From contig DASSOY010000007.1 of assembly GCA_035700025.1 (NCBI GenBank), forward strand, positions 1,193 to 65,192: a stretch of 64,000 nt of DNA, read 5' to 3'. Below are positions 33,566-43,339 of this stretch, piece by piece; the first letter of the stretch is position 1; each line of letters opens with the position of its first letter. The notes beneath the pieces were generated by a model. That model was not told the DNA's origin. It made no database searches and saw nothing but the letters and a program-made list of their open reading frames with translations. The stretch comes from Bacillales bacterium. Lineage in GTDB: Bacteria; Bacillota; Bacilli; Bacillales; DASSOY01. Made by a program: the position numbers and the translations under genes.

Positions 33566-34660
33566 TTGATTCGCACCGAGGAAATGCTTTTGAACGTAGG
33601 ACCGCAGCATCCGAGCACGCACGGGGTGTTTCGGATTGTGATAAAAATTGACGGCGAGACGATCGTCGAAGCAAAGCCGGTGATTGGTTATTTGCACCGG
33701 GGCACGGAAAAGCTGGCGGAGAATCTTGAGTATACGCAAATCATTCCGTACACCGACCGCATGGATTATTTGGCGGCGATGACGAACAACTATGTCATTT
33801 GCCACGCGGTCGAGACGATGATGGGGCTGGAGCTGCCGGAGCGAGCCGAGTTTTTGCGGGTGATCGTCATGGAGCTTGGCCGCATCGCCAGTCATCTTGT
33901 TTGGTTTGGCACGTATTTGCTTGATATTGGGGCGATGAGCCCGTTTTTGTATGCGTTTCGCGAACGCGAAGTCATTATTAATCTGTTAAACGAGATTTCC
34001 GGGGCGCGCTTGACGTTCAACTACATGCGCATCGGCGGCGTCAAATGGGATGCGCCGGAAGGCTGGATCGATAAGGTAAGAGAATTTGTTCCGTATATGC
34101 GCGAGCAGTTGGCCGGCTATCACGAGCTTGTGAGCGGAAACGAAATTTTCACGACCCGTGTAAAAAATGTCGGGACGTACACGGCGGCCGATGCGCTCGA
34201 GTATTCGCTCAGCGGCGCGAACTTGCGCTGTACCGGGGTGAAGTGGGATCTGCGAAAAGACGAACCGTACTCGATTTACGACCGGTTCGACTTTGAAGTT
34301 CCGGTTCGTGAAGACGGGGATGCATGGTCGCGATACCAATGCCGGATGGCGGAAATCGAGCAATCGCTCAACATTTTAGAACAGGCGGTCGAACAAATTC
34401 CGGAAGGCAAGTTCACGAATGAACCGCGTGTCATCAAGCCGCCGAAAGGCGAGACGTACGTGCGAATCGAGTCGCCGCGCGGCGAAATCGGCTGCTACAT
34501 TGCTTCCGAAGGCAAGAAAGAGCCGTACCGGCTCAAATTCCGGCGGCCGTCTTTCTACAACTTGCAAATCTTGCCGAAGCTGCTGAAAGGCGCAAACATG
34601 TCGAACCTCGTCGCGATTCTCGGCGCGATCGACATTGTACTCGGGGAGGTGGACGGCTGA
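33566..34660 (+). CDS. nuoD: NADH:quinone oxidoreductase subunit D
   Basis: TTG start. LNVGPQHPSTHGVFR...GYLHRGTEKL...IDIVLGEVD. Confidence 0.96.
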   Translation: MIRTEEMLLNVGPQHPSTHGVFRIVIKIDGETIVEAKPVIGYLHRGTEKLAENLEYTQIIPYTDRMDYLAAMTNNYVICHAVETMMGLELPERAEFLRVIVMELGRIASHLVWFGTYLLDIGAMSPFLYAFREREVIINLLNEISGARLTFNYMRIGGVKWDAPEGWIDKVREFVPYMREQLAGYHELVSGNEIFTTRVKNVGTYTAADALEYSLSGANLRCTGVKWDLRKDEPYSIYDRFDFEVPVREDGDAWSRYQCRMAEIEQSLNILEQAVEQIPEGKFTNEPRVIKPPKGETYVRIESPRGEIGCYIASEGKKEPYRLKFRRPSFYNLQILPKLLKGANMSNLVAILGAIDIVLGEVDG

Positions 34661-35655
34661 TGCACGAGCTTCTCACATCACCGCCGAGTTGGCTGAACGC
34701 CCTCATCTTTTTCATCGCCGGTGCTGCGCTGCTCGCCGTCGTTCTCGGCTTCGTCACATATGCGATCCTCGCGGATCGCAAGGTGATCGGCTTCATGCAG
34801 CTGCGCATCGGCCCGAACAAAGTCGGCGGCCGCTTCGGCTTGCTGCAAACCGTCGCCGACGTCGTCAAGCTGCTCATCAAGGAAGACACGATCCCGGCGA
34901 AAGCCGACCGCGCGCTCTACATTCTCGCGCCGGTCATCGCATTCGTGCCGGCCTTTGCGGTCCTGGCGGTGCTGCCTTTTTCCGCCCACCTGCAATTCGC
35001 CGATGTCGGGGTCGGCCTCCTTTATTACATGTCGGTGTCCGGCATTACGATCATCGGCGTGCTGACCGGCAGCTGGGCTTCCAATAACAAATACGCGCTC
35101 ATCGGCGGCATGCGCGCCGTCGCGCAAATGATTTCTTACGAAATTCCGCTCGTGCTTTCCGTCGTCGGCGTCATTCTGCTCGCCGGCAGCTTGAACTTGG
35201 CGGACATCGTCGGTGCGCAATCGCATGTCGCTTTTATCTTCGTTCAACCGCTCGGCTTCATCATTTTCATGATTGCCGCGATCGCGGAGCTGAGCCGGAC
35301 GCCGTTCGACTTGCCGGAAGCCGAATCTGAACTTGTTGCCGGCTACCATACGGAATATTCCGGGTTTCGCTGGGCGTTTTTCATGTTGAGCGAGTACGCC
35401 TACATGTTTGGCATGGCGGCGCTCACGACCGTCCTGTTCCTTGGCGGCTGGCATCCGATTCCGGGACTGGCGTTCATTCCCGGCATCCTCTGGTTTTCAT
35501 TGAAATTCATGCTCGTCATCTTTTTCCTCGTCTGGCTGCGCGCGACGTTTCCGCGTCTCCGGGCCGACCAGCTGATGACGTTTGCTTGGAAAGTTTTATT
35601 GCCGGCGGCGTTGTTGAACTTGTTCGTGACCGCGCTCGTCAAGTCGTTGCTCTAA
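34660..35655 (+). CDS. nuoH: NADH:quinone oxidoreductase subunit H
   Basis: ADRKVIGFMQLRIGPNKVGGRFGLLQ...ELSRTPFDLPEAESELVAGYHTEYSG. Confidence 0.96.
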   Translation: MHELLTSPPSWLNALIFFIAGAALLAVVLGFVTYAILADRKVIGFMQLRIGPNKVGGRFGLLQTVADVVKLLIKEDTIPAKADRALYILAPVIAFVPAFAVLAVLPFSAHLQFADVGVGLLYYMSVSGITIIGVLTGSWASNNKYALIGGMRAVAQMISYEIPLVLSVVGVILLAGSLNLADIVGAQSHVAFIFVQPLGFIIFMIAAIAELSRTPFDLPEAESELVAGYHTEYSGFRWAFFMLSEYAYMFGMAALTTVLFLGGWHPIPGLAFIPGILWFSLKFMLVIFFLVWLRATFPRLRADQLMTFAWKVLLPAALLNLFVTALVKSLL

Positions 35656-35678
35656 AGAAATCGAAAGGATGGGATTCG

Positions 35679-36104
35679 ATGTTCGGAAAAGGGCTTGCCA
35701 AAGGATTGAAGTACACGCTGAAAAGCTTGAGCCAGCAAAAAGTCACCTACAATTACCCGGACGACACGCTGAAAATGCCGGACCGCTTCCGGGGGATTCA
35801 AAAATTTTATCCGGAAAAGTGCATCGTTTGCAACAAATGCGTCAATGTTTGCCCAACCGATTGCATTTCGCTCACCGGTAAACCGAATCCCGATCCAGAA
35901 AAACGCGGGAAAATCATCGAGACGTACAACATCAATTTTGAGATTTGCATTTTGTGCGATCTTTGCACGGAAGTTTGTCCGACCGAAGCGATCGTGATGA
36001 CGAACAATTTCGAGCTTGCCGAGTACAGCCGCGATGAATTGTACAAAGACTTGCAATGGCTTGATGAGAACGATACGAACGTCAGGAAGGAGAACAAGAC
36101 GTGA
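35679..36104 (+). CDS. nuoI: NADH:quinone oxidoreductase subunit I (2x[4Fe-4S] ferredoxin)
   Basis: CIVCNKCVNVCP and CILCDLCTEVCP motifs. ATG 35679 follows AAAGGATGGG. Confidence 0.95.
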   Translation: MFGKGLAKGLKYTLKSLSQQKVTYNYPDDTLKMPDRFRGIQKFYPEKCIVCNKCVNVCPTDCISLTGKPNPDPEKRGKIIETYNINFEICILCDLCTEVCPTEAIVMTNNFELAEYSRDELYKDLQWLDENDTNVRKENKT

Positions 36105-36610
36105 GCGGGGAACTGATTGCGTTTTTCATCTTGGCGTTAACCTCGATTGTAGGCGGCGTCCTGATGTTGAATTTAAAAAAAGTGATCCATATGGTCGTGG
36201 CGCTCGTGTTTACGTTTCTCGGACTGGCCGGCATTTACATCATGCTTTCGGCGGAGTTCGTCGCTGTCGTGCAAATATTGATTTATTCCGGGGCCGTCTC
36301 GATTATCATGCTTTTCGGAATCATGTTGACGAAGCATAACGACCGGGCCAAAGAAGTGGTCAGCAAATGGCGGCATTTCACGGTTGCCGCCGGAGTGCTC
36401 GTATTTTTCGGGATCATGTTTTACGGCATCCGCGATTTGGATTTCGGCCGCGCGGCGAAATCGCTGCAAGACGACAATACACAGCAAATCGGGATCGAAT
36501 TGTACACGCACTACTTGCTTCCGTTCGAGATTGCCTCGCTGTTGCTGTTGGTGGCGCTTGTCGGGGCAGTCTTGATGGCACGCAACGAGGAGGAAAATGA
36601 TCGTGAATGA
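36101..36610 (+). CDS. nuoJ: NADH:quinone oxidoreductase subunit J
   Basis: A 5-TM protein in the correct operon position. The GTG start overlaps the nuoI stop. Confidence 0.92.
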   Translation: MSGELIAFFILALTSIVGGVLMLNLKKVIHMVVALVFTFLGLAGIYIMLSAEFVAVVQILIYSGAVSIIMLFGIMLTKHNDRAKEVVSKWRHFTVAAGVLVFFGIMFYGIRDLDFGRAAKSLQDDNTQQIGIELYTHYLLPFEIASLLLLVALVGAVLMARNEEENDRE

Positions 36611-36917
36611 GCTTCCCTTACCGAGCTATCTCATTCTTGCTTTGATCTTGTTTTGCATCGGGTTGTATGGAGCGCTTACAAAAAGAAACGCGGTGATTGT
36701 GCTCATTTGCATCGAGCTCATGCTGAACGCGGTGAACTTGAACTTCGTCGCGTTCGCGAAATACGGCATGACGCCGGGCATCGACGGCCAAGTGTTCGCG
36801 TTGTTCATCATCACCGTCGCCGCTGCCGAAGCCGCCGTCGGGCTGGCGATTCTGTTTGCGCTGTACCGCAACAAATCCACGGTTGACGTGGATGAAATGA
36901 ATCGCCTGAAACGTTAA
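36597..36917 (+). CDS. nuoK: NADH:quinone oxidoreductase subunit K
   Basis: A 106-aa, 3-TM protein with [17 protein letters not shown]...[15 protein letters not shown]. Confidence 0.93.
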   Translation: MIVNELPLPSYLILALILFCIGLYGALTKRNAVIVLICIELMLNAVNLNFVAFAKYGMTPGIDGQVFALFIITVAAAEAAVGLAILFALYRNKSTVDVDEMNRLKR

Positions 36918-36929
36918 GGAGGGGTGTCC

Positions 36930-38768
36930 ATGGTTCACTTCGCATGGATCGTTCCGCTGTTTCCGCTCGTGTCCTTCGCAGTGCTGCTGCTGTTCGGGCA
37001 ACGTTGGAAAGCCGGAGCGGCTTACACAGGAATCATCTTCACTTTTTGTTCATTCGTGCTTTCGCTTCTAGTGCTTTTCGACGGAAACACGATTGCCGCC
37101 AACTTCGATTGGTTAAAAATTGGCGCCGTCACACTGACGATGGGGTATCAAGTCGAGCCGCTCAACGCGCTGATGCTTGCGCTTGTTGCGTTCGTCAGCT
37201 TTCTCGTACACGTTTACTCGAAGGGGTACATGGCGGAGGACCCGCGCATCGGCATCTTTTTCGCGTATCTTGGACTTTTCACGTTTTCGATGCTCGGGCT
37301 CGTGCTTGCGCCGAATTTGCTCGAATTTTACATCCTTTGGGAGCTCGTCGGCGTTTGCTCGTTCCTGTTGATCGGCTTTTATTTCGATCAACCTGCCGCG
37401 AAAGCGGCAGCGAAAAAGGCGTTCATCGTGACCCGGATCGGCGACGTCGCGCTGTTCATCGGCATGATCCTTTTATTCTGGCAAACCGGCAGTTTCGCTT
37501 TTGATGCGATTTTCGATGCCGTGACTGCCGGCCAAATCGCCCCGGGCATGATCACGCTCACCGCGATACTCATTTTCATCGGAGCGATGGGCAAATCCGG
37601 GCAGTTTCCGCTCCATACGTGGCTGCCTGACGCGATGGAAGGCCCGACGCCTGTTTCCGCGCTCATTCACGCGGCAACGATGGTCGCCGCCGGCGTCTAC
37701 CTTGTCGCCGTCATGTATCCGCTCTTTCTCGCTTCACCGGCTGCGATGCTCGTCGTCGCGATTGTCGGCGGCTTCACCGCCATTTTCGCCGCCTCGATCG
37801 GTCTCGTGCAGCGCGACATCAAGCGCGTACTCGCCTATTCAACGGTGAGCCAGCTCGGCTACATGATGCTGGCACTCGGCGTCGGCGGCTATGTCGCCGC
37901 AATGTTTCACCTCATGACCCACGCTTTTTTCAAAGCGTTGTTGTTTTTGGCGGCCGGCAGTGTCATTCATGCCGTCCATAAGCAAGACATCGAGAAGATG
38001 GGCGGTCTGTGGAAGTCGATGCGTGTGACGGCGCCGCTGTTTCTTATCGGAGCGCTTGCGCTGTCCGGCTTTCCGCTTTTGTCCGGCTTTTTCAGCAAAG
38101 AAGAAATTTTCGCTTCGACGCTCGGGGCCGGGCGCTGGCTGTTGTTCATCGTCGCGATCGCCGCCGCCTTTTTTACCGCCTTTTACATGTTCCGTCTCTT
38201 CTTCCTCGTCTTTTTCGGGGAATCACGGGCGGCGGACGTCAAAGAATCGCCGAAATCGATGCTCGTACCGATGGCCGTACTCGGTTTTTGCGCCGTCTTT
38301 GCCGGCTACTTGAACACGCCATGGTTCGGCACGTTTCTCGGTGACTGGCTGGCGCCGAATCTCGAAACGGCGGAGTCCCCGTGGTGGGTCAGCTTGCTTG
38401 CGATCGCCGTCGCCCTGGCGGGCATGTATTTGGCTTGGCTCATGTACGGCCAGCGCAGCCTCACTCGTGATTGGCTGTCCGCCCGCGTCCCGCATCTGTA
38501 CCGGCTGCTCGAACGCAAATATTACATCGATGAAGGCTACCGCCATACGATCGTGGCATTCACGTCAGGTCTCGGCGACTTTTTCGCAGTTTTGGACCGT
38601 ATTATCATCGGCGGACTCGTTGAAGCTTGCGCCGCATCCGTCCGTCTGATCGGCAGCGCTGCGCGCCGGTTGCAATCCGGTCAAGTGCAGACGTACGGAA
38701 CGGTCGTTTTGTTCGGCTTCGTCGTCATCATCGTCATTTTGGCCGTGTCGGGAGGGTATTTCCAATGA
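36930..38768 (+). CDS. nuoL: NADH:quinone oxidoreductase subunit L
   Basis: Antiporter-like subunit with GKSGQFPLHTWLPDAMEGPTPVSALIHAATMV. ATG 36930 is 7 nt after GGAGG. Confidence 0.95.
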   Translation: MVHFAWIVPLFPLVSFAVLLLFGQRWKAGAAYTGIIFTFCSFVLSLLVLFDGNTIAANFDWLKIGAVTLTMGYQVEPLNALMLALVAFVSFLVHVYSKGYMAEDPRIGIFFAYLGLFTFSMLGLVLAPNLLEFYILWELVGVCSFLLIGFYFDQPAAKAAAKKAFIVTRIGDVALFIGMILLFWQTGSFAFDAIFDAVTAGQIAPGMITLTAILIFIGAMGKSGQFPLHTWLPDAMEGPTPVSALIHAATMVAAGVYLVAVMYPLFLASPAAMLVVAIVGGFTAIFAASIGLVQRDIKRVLAYSTVSQLGYMMLALGVGGYVAAMFHLMTHAFFKALLFLAAGSVIHAVHKQDIEKMGGLWKSMRVTAPLFLIGALALSGFPLLSGFFSKEEIFASTLGAGRWLLFIVAIAAAFFTAFYMFRLFFLVFFGESRAADVKESPKSMLVPMAVLGFCAVFAGYLNTPWFGTFLGDWLAPNLETAESPWWVSLLAIAVALAGMYLAWLMYGQRSLTRDWLSARVPHLYRLLERKYYIDEGYRHTIVAFTSGLGDFFAVLDRIIIGGLVEACAASVRLIGSAARRLQSGQVQTYGTVVLFGFVVIIVILAVSGGYFQ

Positions 38769-40279
38769 TCGAACCTTATTTTCTCTCCATCTTGATTTTT
38801 TCGCCGCTCGTCGGCATGCTCATCGTGGCGATTACGCCGAAAACGTTGACGTCTACCGTCAAATGGGTCGGGTTTCTGGCGACGCTCCTGCCGCTCGCGC
38901 TCGCTGCCATCGCTTACGCGCGATTCGACAGGTCCGTCGACTTTCTGCAATACGTAACCTCGGTGCCGTGGATCCAAATCGCCGTCGATCCGCTCACCGG
39001 CCAGCGGCTCGAAATCGACTATGCGCTCGGCATCGACGGCCTTTCGCTGACGCTCATTTTGCTGACGACCGTCATTTCGACGCTCGCCGCCGCGGCTTCC
39101 GTGAACATCGACAAAGCTGTCAAAGGCTACTTCTTGCTGTTTTTGCTGCTGGAAGTCGGCATGCTCGGCGTTTTTTGCGCACAAAACTTGATCTTGTTTT
39201 TTGCCTTTTTCGAAATGACGCTCGTTCCGACGTATTTCCTAATTGCCAAATGGGGGCTCGCGAAACGCGAAAACGCCGCGTTCACGTTCCTCCTCTACAA
39301 CGGCGCCGGCTCGGCCGTCATGCTCATCGCTTTCATCATCCTTTTCTCGACGACCGGCACGCTCAACATCGCCGAGCTCCAAGCGCTCGACCTCGCTTCG
39401 CTCGGCAGCGGCAACCCGCTCGCGCAACCAGGCTTCCGCATGGCGCTCGTCGCCGCCATAATTGCCGCTTTCGCCGTCAAGCTGCCGATCTTTCCGCTTC
39501 ACAGCTGGATGCTGCGCGTCCATGCCGAAGCGCCCGTGCCGACCGTCATGATCCATTCCGGCATCCTGCTGAAGATCGGCGCCTACGGCCTTATCCGCTT
39601 CGCGCTCGGGCTCTTCCCGCATGAGTTCGCTGAACTCAGCGTCGCGCTCGCCGTCTTCGGGCTCATCAATCTGCTTTACGGCGCTCTCATCGCCTTCAAG
39701 CAGACCGATTTCCGAATGGTGCTGGCCTACTCGAGCGTTTCGCACATGGGCATCGTCCTGCTCGGCCTCGCCGCGCTCAACGCCGCCGGCGTGCAAGGCG
39801 CCGTGTTCCAAGTTATTTCCCACGGCTTAATCTCGGCCTTGCTGTTTTTCCTCGTCGGCGCGATCTACGCTCGCACCGGAACGACGGAAATCCGCTACAT
39901 TTCCGGTCTTTCCAGTTCAGCGCCCCGCATCGGCGGCTTCCTGCTGGCCGGCGGGCTCGCTTCGCTCGGTTTGCCGGGGATGTCCGGATTCATCAGCGAA
40001 TTCACGGCGTTTCTCGGCTTGTTCGAACAAAAGCCGCTGTTGGCGGCGATCGGCACGATCGGCATCATTCTTACTGCTGTCTATATGTTGCGGGCAGTTA
40101 TGAACATGACGTTCGGCAAAGCTTCCTTTAAAAACATCGGCGATTTGCGCCCGGTCGAATGGGGGCCGTCGGTGGTCCTGCTGGCGTTTATTTTATGGAT
40201 CGGGGTCAATCCGGCCGTCATCAGTGAGCCGTTGCATGCCGTGGTTGATTCTGTCCTTGTTGCATTGGGAGGGTCATGA
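38765..40279 (+). CDS. nuoM: NADH:quinone oxidoreductase subunit M
   Basis: MIEPYFLSILIFSPLVG...FAVKLPIFPLHSWMLRVHAEAPVPTVMIHSGILLK. The start makes an ATGA overlap with the nuoL stop. Confidence 0.95.
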   Translation: MIEPYFLSILIFSPLVGMLIVAITPKTLTSTVKWVGFLATLLPLALAAIAYARFDRSVDFLQYVTSVPWIQIAVDPLTGQRLEIDYALGIDGLSLTLILLTTVISTLAAAASVNIDKAVKGYFLLFLLLEVGMLGVFCAQNLILFFAFFEMTLVPTYFLIAKWGLAKRENAAFTFLLYNGAGSAVMLIAFIILFSTTGTLNIAELQALDLASLGSGNPLAQPGFRMALVAAIIAAFAVKLPIFPLHSWMLRVHAEAPVPTVMIHSGILLKIGAYGLIRFALGLFPHEFAELSVALAVFGLINLLYGALIAFKQTDFRMVLAYSSVSHMGIVLLGLAALNAAGVQGAVFQVISHGLISALLFFLVGAIYARTGTTEIRYISGLSSSAPRIGGFLLAGGLASLGLPGMSGFISEFTAFLGLFEQKPLLAAIGTIGIILTAVYMLRAVMNMTFGKASFKNIGDLRPVEWGPSVVLLAFILWIGVNPAVISEPLHAVVDSVLVALGGS

Positions 40280-41811
40280 TGAACTTGCAATCGTTTCTAC
40301 AAGTGCCATGGGGGATTATGGCTCCGGAAATCACGATTTTCACAACGGCGGTTTTATTACTCATCGCCGATCTCGTCATCGATAAGGCTTTGCCAAGACG
40401 CACGTTTGTCTGGCCAGCACTCGCCGGCATCGCGGTGGCGTTCGTCATTTGCCTCGCGCAAATCGGAACGCCGGTCACTTCGATATGGTTCGGCGCCTAT
40501 CGTGTCGATGCGTTTGCGCTAGCCTTTAAATTGCTGCTGCTCGTCGGAACCGGATTCGTTCTGCTCTTGTCCTGCCGGGACGAACGCCCCGGCGAACTTT
40601 CCGAACGCGCGGAATTTTATTTCTTGCTGTTGTCCGCCTTAACCGGAGCGATGATGCTCACTTCGAGCGCCGATTTAATTACGTTGTTCGTCTCGCTCGA
40701 ATTGTTGTCGCTTTCGTCGTACTTGTTGGCTGGGCTTCATAAAAGCGACCGCTCGTCGAACGAAGCCGCCTTTAAATATATAGTCAACGGCGGAATTGCC
40801 ACCGCGGTCATTTTGTTCGGGATGAGCTACTTGTACGGTTTCTCCGGCTCGACCAATTTATACGCAATCAGTGAAGTTTTCAATGCGGACGCCCATCATC
40901 CGGTCGTTTTCGATGAACGGTTCCTGCTGGTTTTCGCCTTTATTCTCTTGTTTGCCGGTTTGTCCTTCAAGCTGGCGACCGTTCCGTTTCACATGTGGGC
41001 TCCCGACGTGTACGAAGGAGCGCCGACTTCGGTGACCGCCTTCTTAAGCGTCGTTTCCAAGACCGCCGGCTTCGCCTTGCTCTTTCGTCTGATGCTCGTC
41101 GCCTTCTTGCATGCCCCCGGCGCCGCGGTCTCGTCTTCAGCGGGTCCGGAGTCCATTTTTACAACGGTTCAACCGTATTTGGCCGTTCTTGCAGCTGCCG
41201 CGATGATTTACGGAAACACCGCCGCATTGAAACAAACGAACATTAAACGATTATTCGCGTACTCCGGCATTGCTCAGGCCGGCTACGTACTCGTTCCGTT
41301 CGTCTGTCTTACGCAACTAACCTTGACGAACGTCTGGTTTTACTTGGCCGCCTACTTATTCACGAACCTTGGGGCTTTCGCCGTCATCCAGGCCGTCTCA
41401 AGCCGCGAAAACAGCAGCCAACTCAAGACGTACGACGGGCTTTACAGCCGCTCCCCTTTCGCTGCGGTCGCTCTCGCCGTTTTTCTCGTATCGCTGGCCG
41501 GCATTCCGTTCACCTCCGGTTTTGTCGCCAAATTCGACGTGTTCGTCGAAGCGCTGTTTTCCGACCATTACGCTCTCGCGTCAATCATGATCGCCACGAC
41601 CGTCATCGCCTATTTTTACTATTTCGTCGTCATGGCGAAAATGTTCCTGCGCCCATCCGCTTCCTCCGGCAGATGGATGCTGCCTCCTGCGGCCGGTATC
41701 GTCGCTGTCATCTGCCTCATCGCGACGATCGGCATCGGGATTTTTCCGAGCACCGTCCTCGGCTTCCTGCACGACCATTTCCCGCTCGCCGAGCTTTTCA
41801 AAAAGGGCTGA
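40276..41811 (+). CDS. nuoN: NADH:quinone oxidoreductase subunit N
   Basis: FKLATVPFHMWAPDVYEGAPTSVTAFLS. It overlaps the nuoM stop and is the last gene of the operon. Confidence 0.95.
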   Translation: MMNLQSFLQVPWGIMAPEITIFTTAVLLLIADLVIDKALPRRTFVWPALAGIAVAFVICLAQIGTPVTSIWFGAYRVDAFALAFKLLLLVGTGFVLLLSCRDERPGELSERAEFYFLLLSALTGAMMLTSSADLITLFVSLELLSLSSYLLAGLHKSDRSSNEAAFKYIVNGGIATAVILFGMSYLYGFSGSTNLYAISEVFNADAHHPVVFDERFLLVFAFILLFAGLSFKLATVPFHMWAPDVYEGAPTSVTAFLSVVSKTAGFALLFRLMLVAFLHAPGAAVSSSAGPESIFTTVQPYLAVLAAAAMIYGNTAALKQTNIKRLFAYSGIAQAGYVLVPFVCLTQLTLTNVWFYLAAYLFTNLGAFAVIQAVSSRENSSQLKTYDGLYSRSPFAAVALAVFLVSLAGIPFTSGFVAKFDVFVEALFSDHYALASIMIATTVIAYFYYFVVMAKMFLRPSASSGRWMLPPAAGIVAVICLIATIGIGIFPSTVLGFLHDHFPLAELFKKG

Positions 41812-41856
41812 CCGGTGCGCTGGCATGTCAGCGGACACACAGCAACGCTTATTAGC

Positions 41857-41892
41857 GGCGGAAATCGCAATGATTTCCGCCTCCATTTTTTT
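41857..41892 (+). terminator. Probable intrinsic terminator of the nuo operon
   Basis: GGCGGAAATC-GCAAT-GATTTCCGCC (perfect 10-bp stem), then TCCATTTTTTT. The stem sequence resembles hairpin H2 of the 251-bp repeat. Confidence 0.6.
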
Positions 41893-42011
41893 GCGATACG
41901 CACCGCCGCCCGCCGACCCGGTCAGATTTTCCATTTCACCCCCCGTTAACGCGAGCGGTTGCCGAAAGGTTTGATTGTGTGTTTTTTGGCCTCCAATTCC
42001 ATCCGTCATTC

Positions 42012-42074
42012 TCGCGGATTTATCCCAATCCAACCTCACACCTCTAACTTCTAGAAAGACGCGCCAGCGTTTTT
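42012..42074. repeat. Copy 2 of the short dispersed motif ('family B')
   Basis: TCGCGGATTTATCCCAATCCAAC (42012-42034) and ACGCGCCAGCGTTTTT (42059-42074) match 18106-18146. Copy 2 has about 24 extra nt between the two halves. Confidence 0.5.
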
Positions 42075-42214
42075 CAAAGCATTAGGTGCATATTCCCATA
42101 AAAATTCGGCGTCATTTCCCGGGAAATTATGCTATAATGTAGACAATTGTGTTGGATTTTGACGGTTTTGATAGAACCGTGGCAGCTTTTACTAGGACTG
42201 GAGGTTGATAAAGC

Positions 42215-42463
42215 ATGCTTGGAATCAGTCCTTTAACACAACTGGGCGTGCAAGCGGTCCTGTATCTTGTCGTTCACTTGGTTTTTTTGGCGGTGACTTG
42301 GTGGGCGCTGCAAAGTTTTCGCTTGGACGTATTTTTAAAGGATCCGAACAGCCCCCGAGCGAAAGTGCTGCTTATTTTATTGACAGTAGCAATCGGAACG
42401 TTGGCAGGGAACTTTTTTTACAATTATTTCATCCAGTCGCTGCGCATTCCTTACCTTTTTTAA
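42215..42463 (+). CDS. ywzB: DUF1146 small membrane protein (YwzB)
   Basis: An 82-aa, 2-TM protein upstream of ywmB-murAA, as in B. subtilis. It is preceded by an extended -10, TGcTATAAT (42130-42138). Confidence 0.8.
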   Translation: MLGISPLTQLGVQAVLYLVVHLVFLAVTWWALQSFRLDVFLKDPNSPRAKVLLILLTVAIGTLAGNFFYNYFIQSLRIPYLF

Positions 42464-42555
42464 CGGACGATCTTTTTTGTCGATGGATGTCTACATATTC
42501 CATGTATGCGCATTCTCTCCCAGGTAACAATGGTGAATAGAAGGGAGAATCGCAC

Positions 42556-43308
42556 ATGGGGAACACGAAATGGATGTCGGCGGCTTTTCTTTTGGTTTTG
42601 TTTTTTGCTTCTTATGCCCATACGGAAGCGGCAACGGAGCGGATAACGGAACCACTCGGTGAAATTGTTCAAGTTATGAAAGAACGAAACATAGACATAA
42701 ACCACTGGCATTTGTACACAAAAAAAAATGGTGGTTTAACCATGGGGCGCAAAGGGTACGTACGCATGGTAGAGGGACTAAAGCATCACTTGAACAAGTT
42801 TCGCTGGGATGAAATGCACGAGGATTATGACGGCAATCTTAAGATTACGGGCACTCATACCGATAATAAGGCTGGGTTCCACGAACGGCTGACAGTGCTT
42901 GCTTATCCGAAAGACGGCAAATTCGGCATTTATATCGTGTACGAAATGGAAGGAGACCACTGGTCCGGGAACCATCAAGAAAAAATCGTTTCGGTCGTTT
43001 CGAACAGAATTCGACAAATTCATGTAAAAAATCCTACCATTTTCACTTGTGTAAGCGGAAATGCGGGTGCTACAATGGATTTTGTTTTAATGAATGGTGC
43101 ACGACAATTGGTCCGGGACTTTGGTGCCGTTTCCGTGGAGAAACTCGAAGAAAAAACGTTTGTTGCACTCTCTGCATATACTAGCCAGTGGAAGCAATCC
43201 ATCCCAACCAGAAATCACCGCATGAATTTGCAGGTAGCCTTACGCAAGACGAAGGATGGCAACATTGCGGTTACCATCGGAACACCAATCATTACCACTG
43301 AATATTAA
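42556..43308 (+). CDS. ywmB: YwmB-family secreted protein
   Basis: Signal peptide ([17 protein letters not shown]). It is 250 aa and sits directly upstream of murAA, matching B. subtilis ywmB. Confidence 0.8.
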   Translation: MGNTKWMSAAFLLVLFFASYAHTEAATERITEPLGEIVQVMKERNIDINHWHLYTKKNGGLTMGRKGYVRMVEGLKHHLNKFRWDEMHEDYDGNLKITGTHTDNKAGFHERLTVLAYPKDGKFGIYIVYEMEGDHWSGNHQEKIVSVVSNRIRQIHVKNPTIFTCVSGNAGATMDFVLMNGARQLVRDFGAVSVEKLEEKTFVALSAYTSQWKQSIPTRNHRMNLQVALRKTKDGNIAVTIGTPIITTEY

Positions 43309-43339
43309 TATAGAAAAATTGGACGCGGAGGGGAATACT

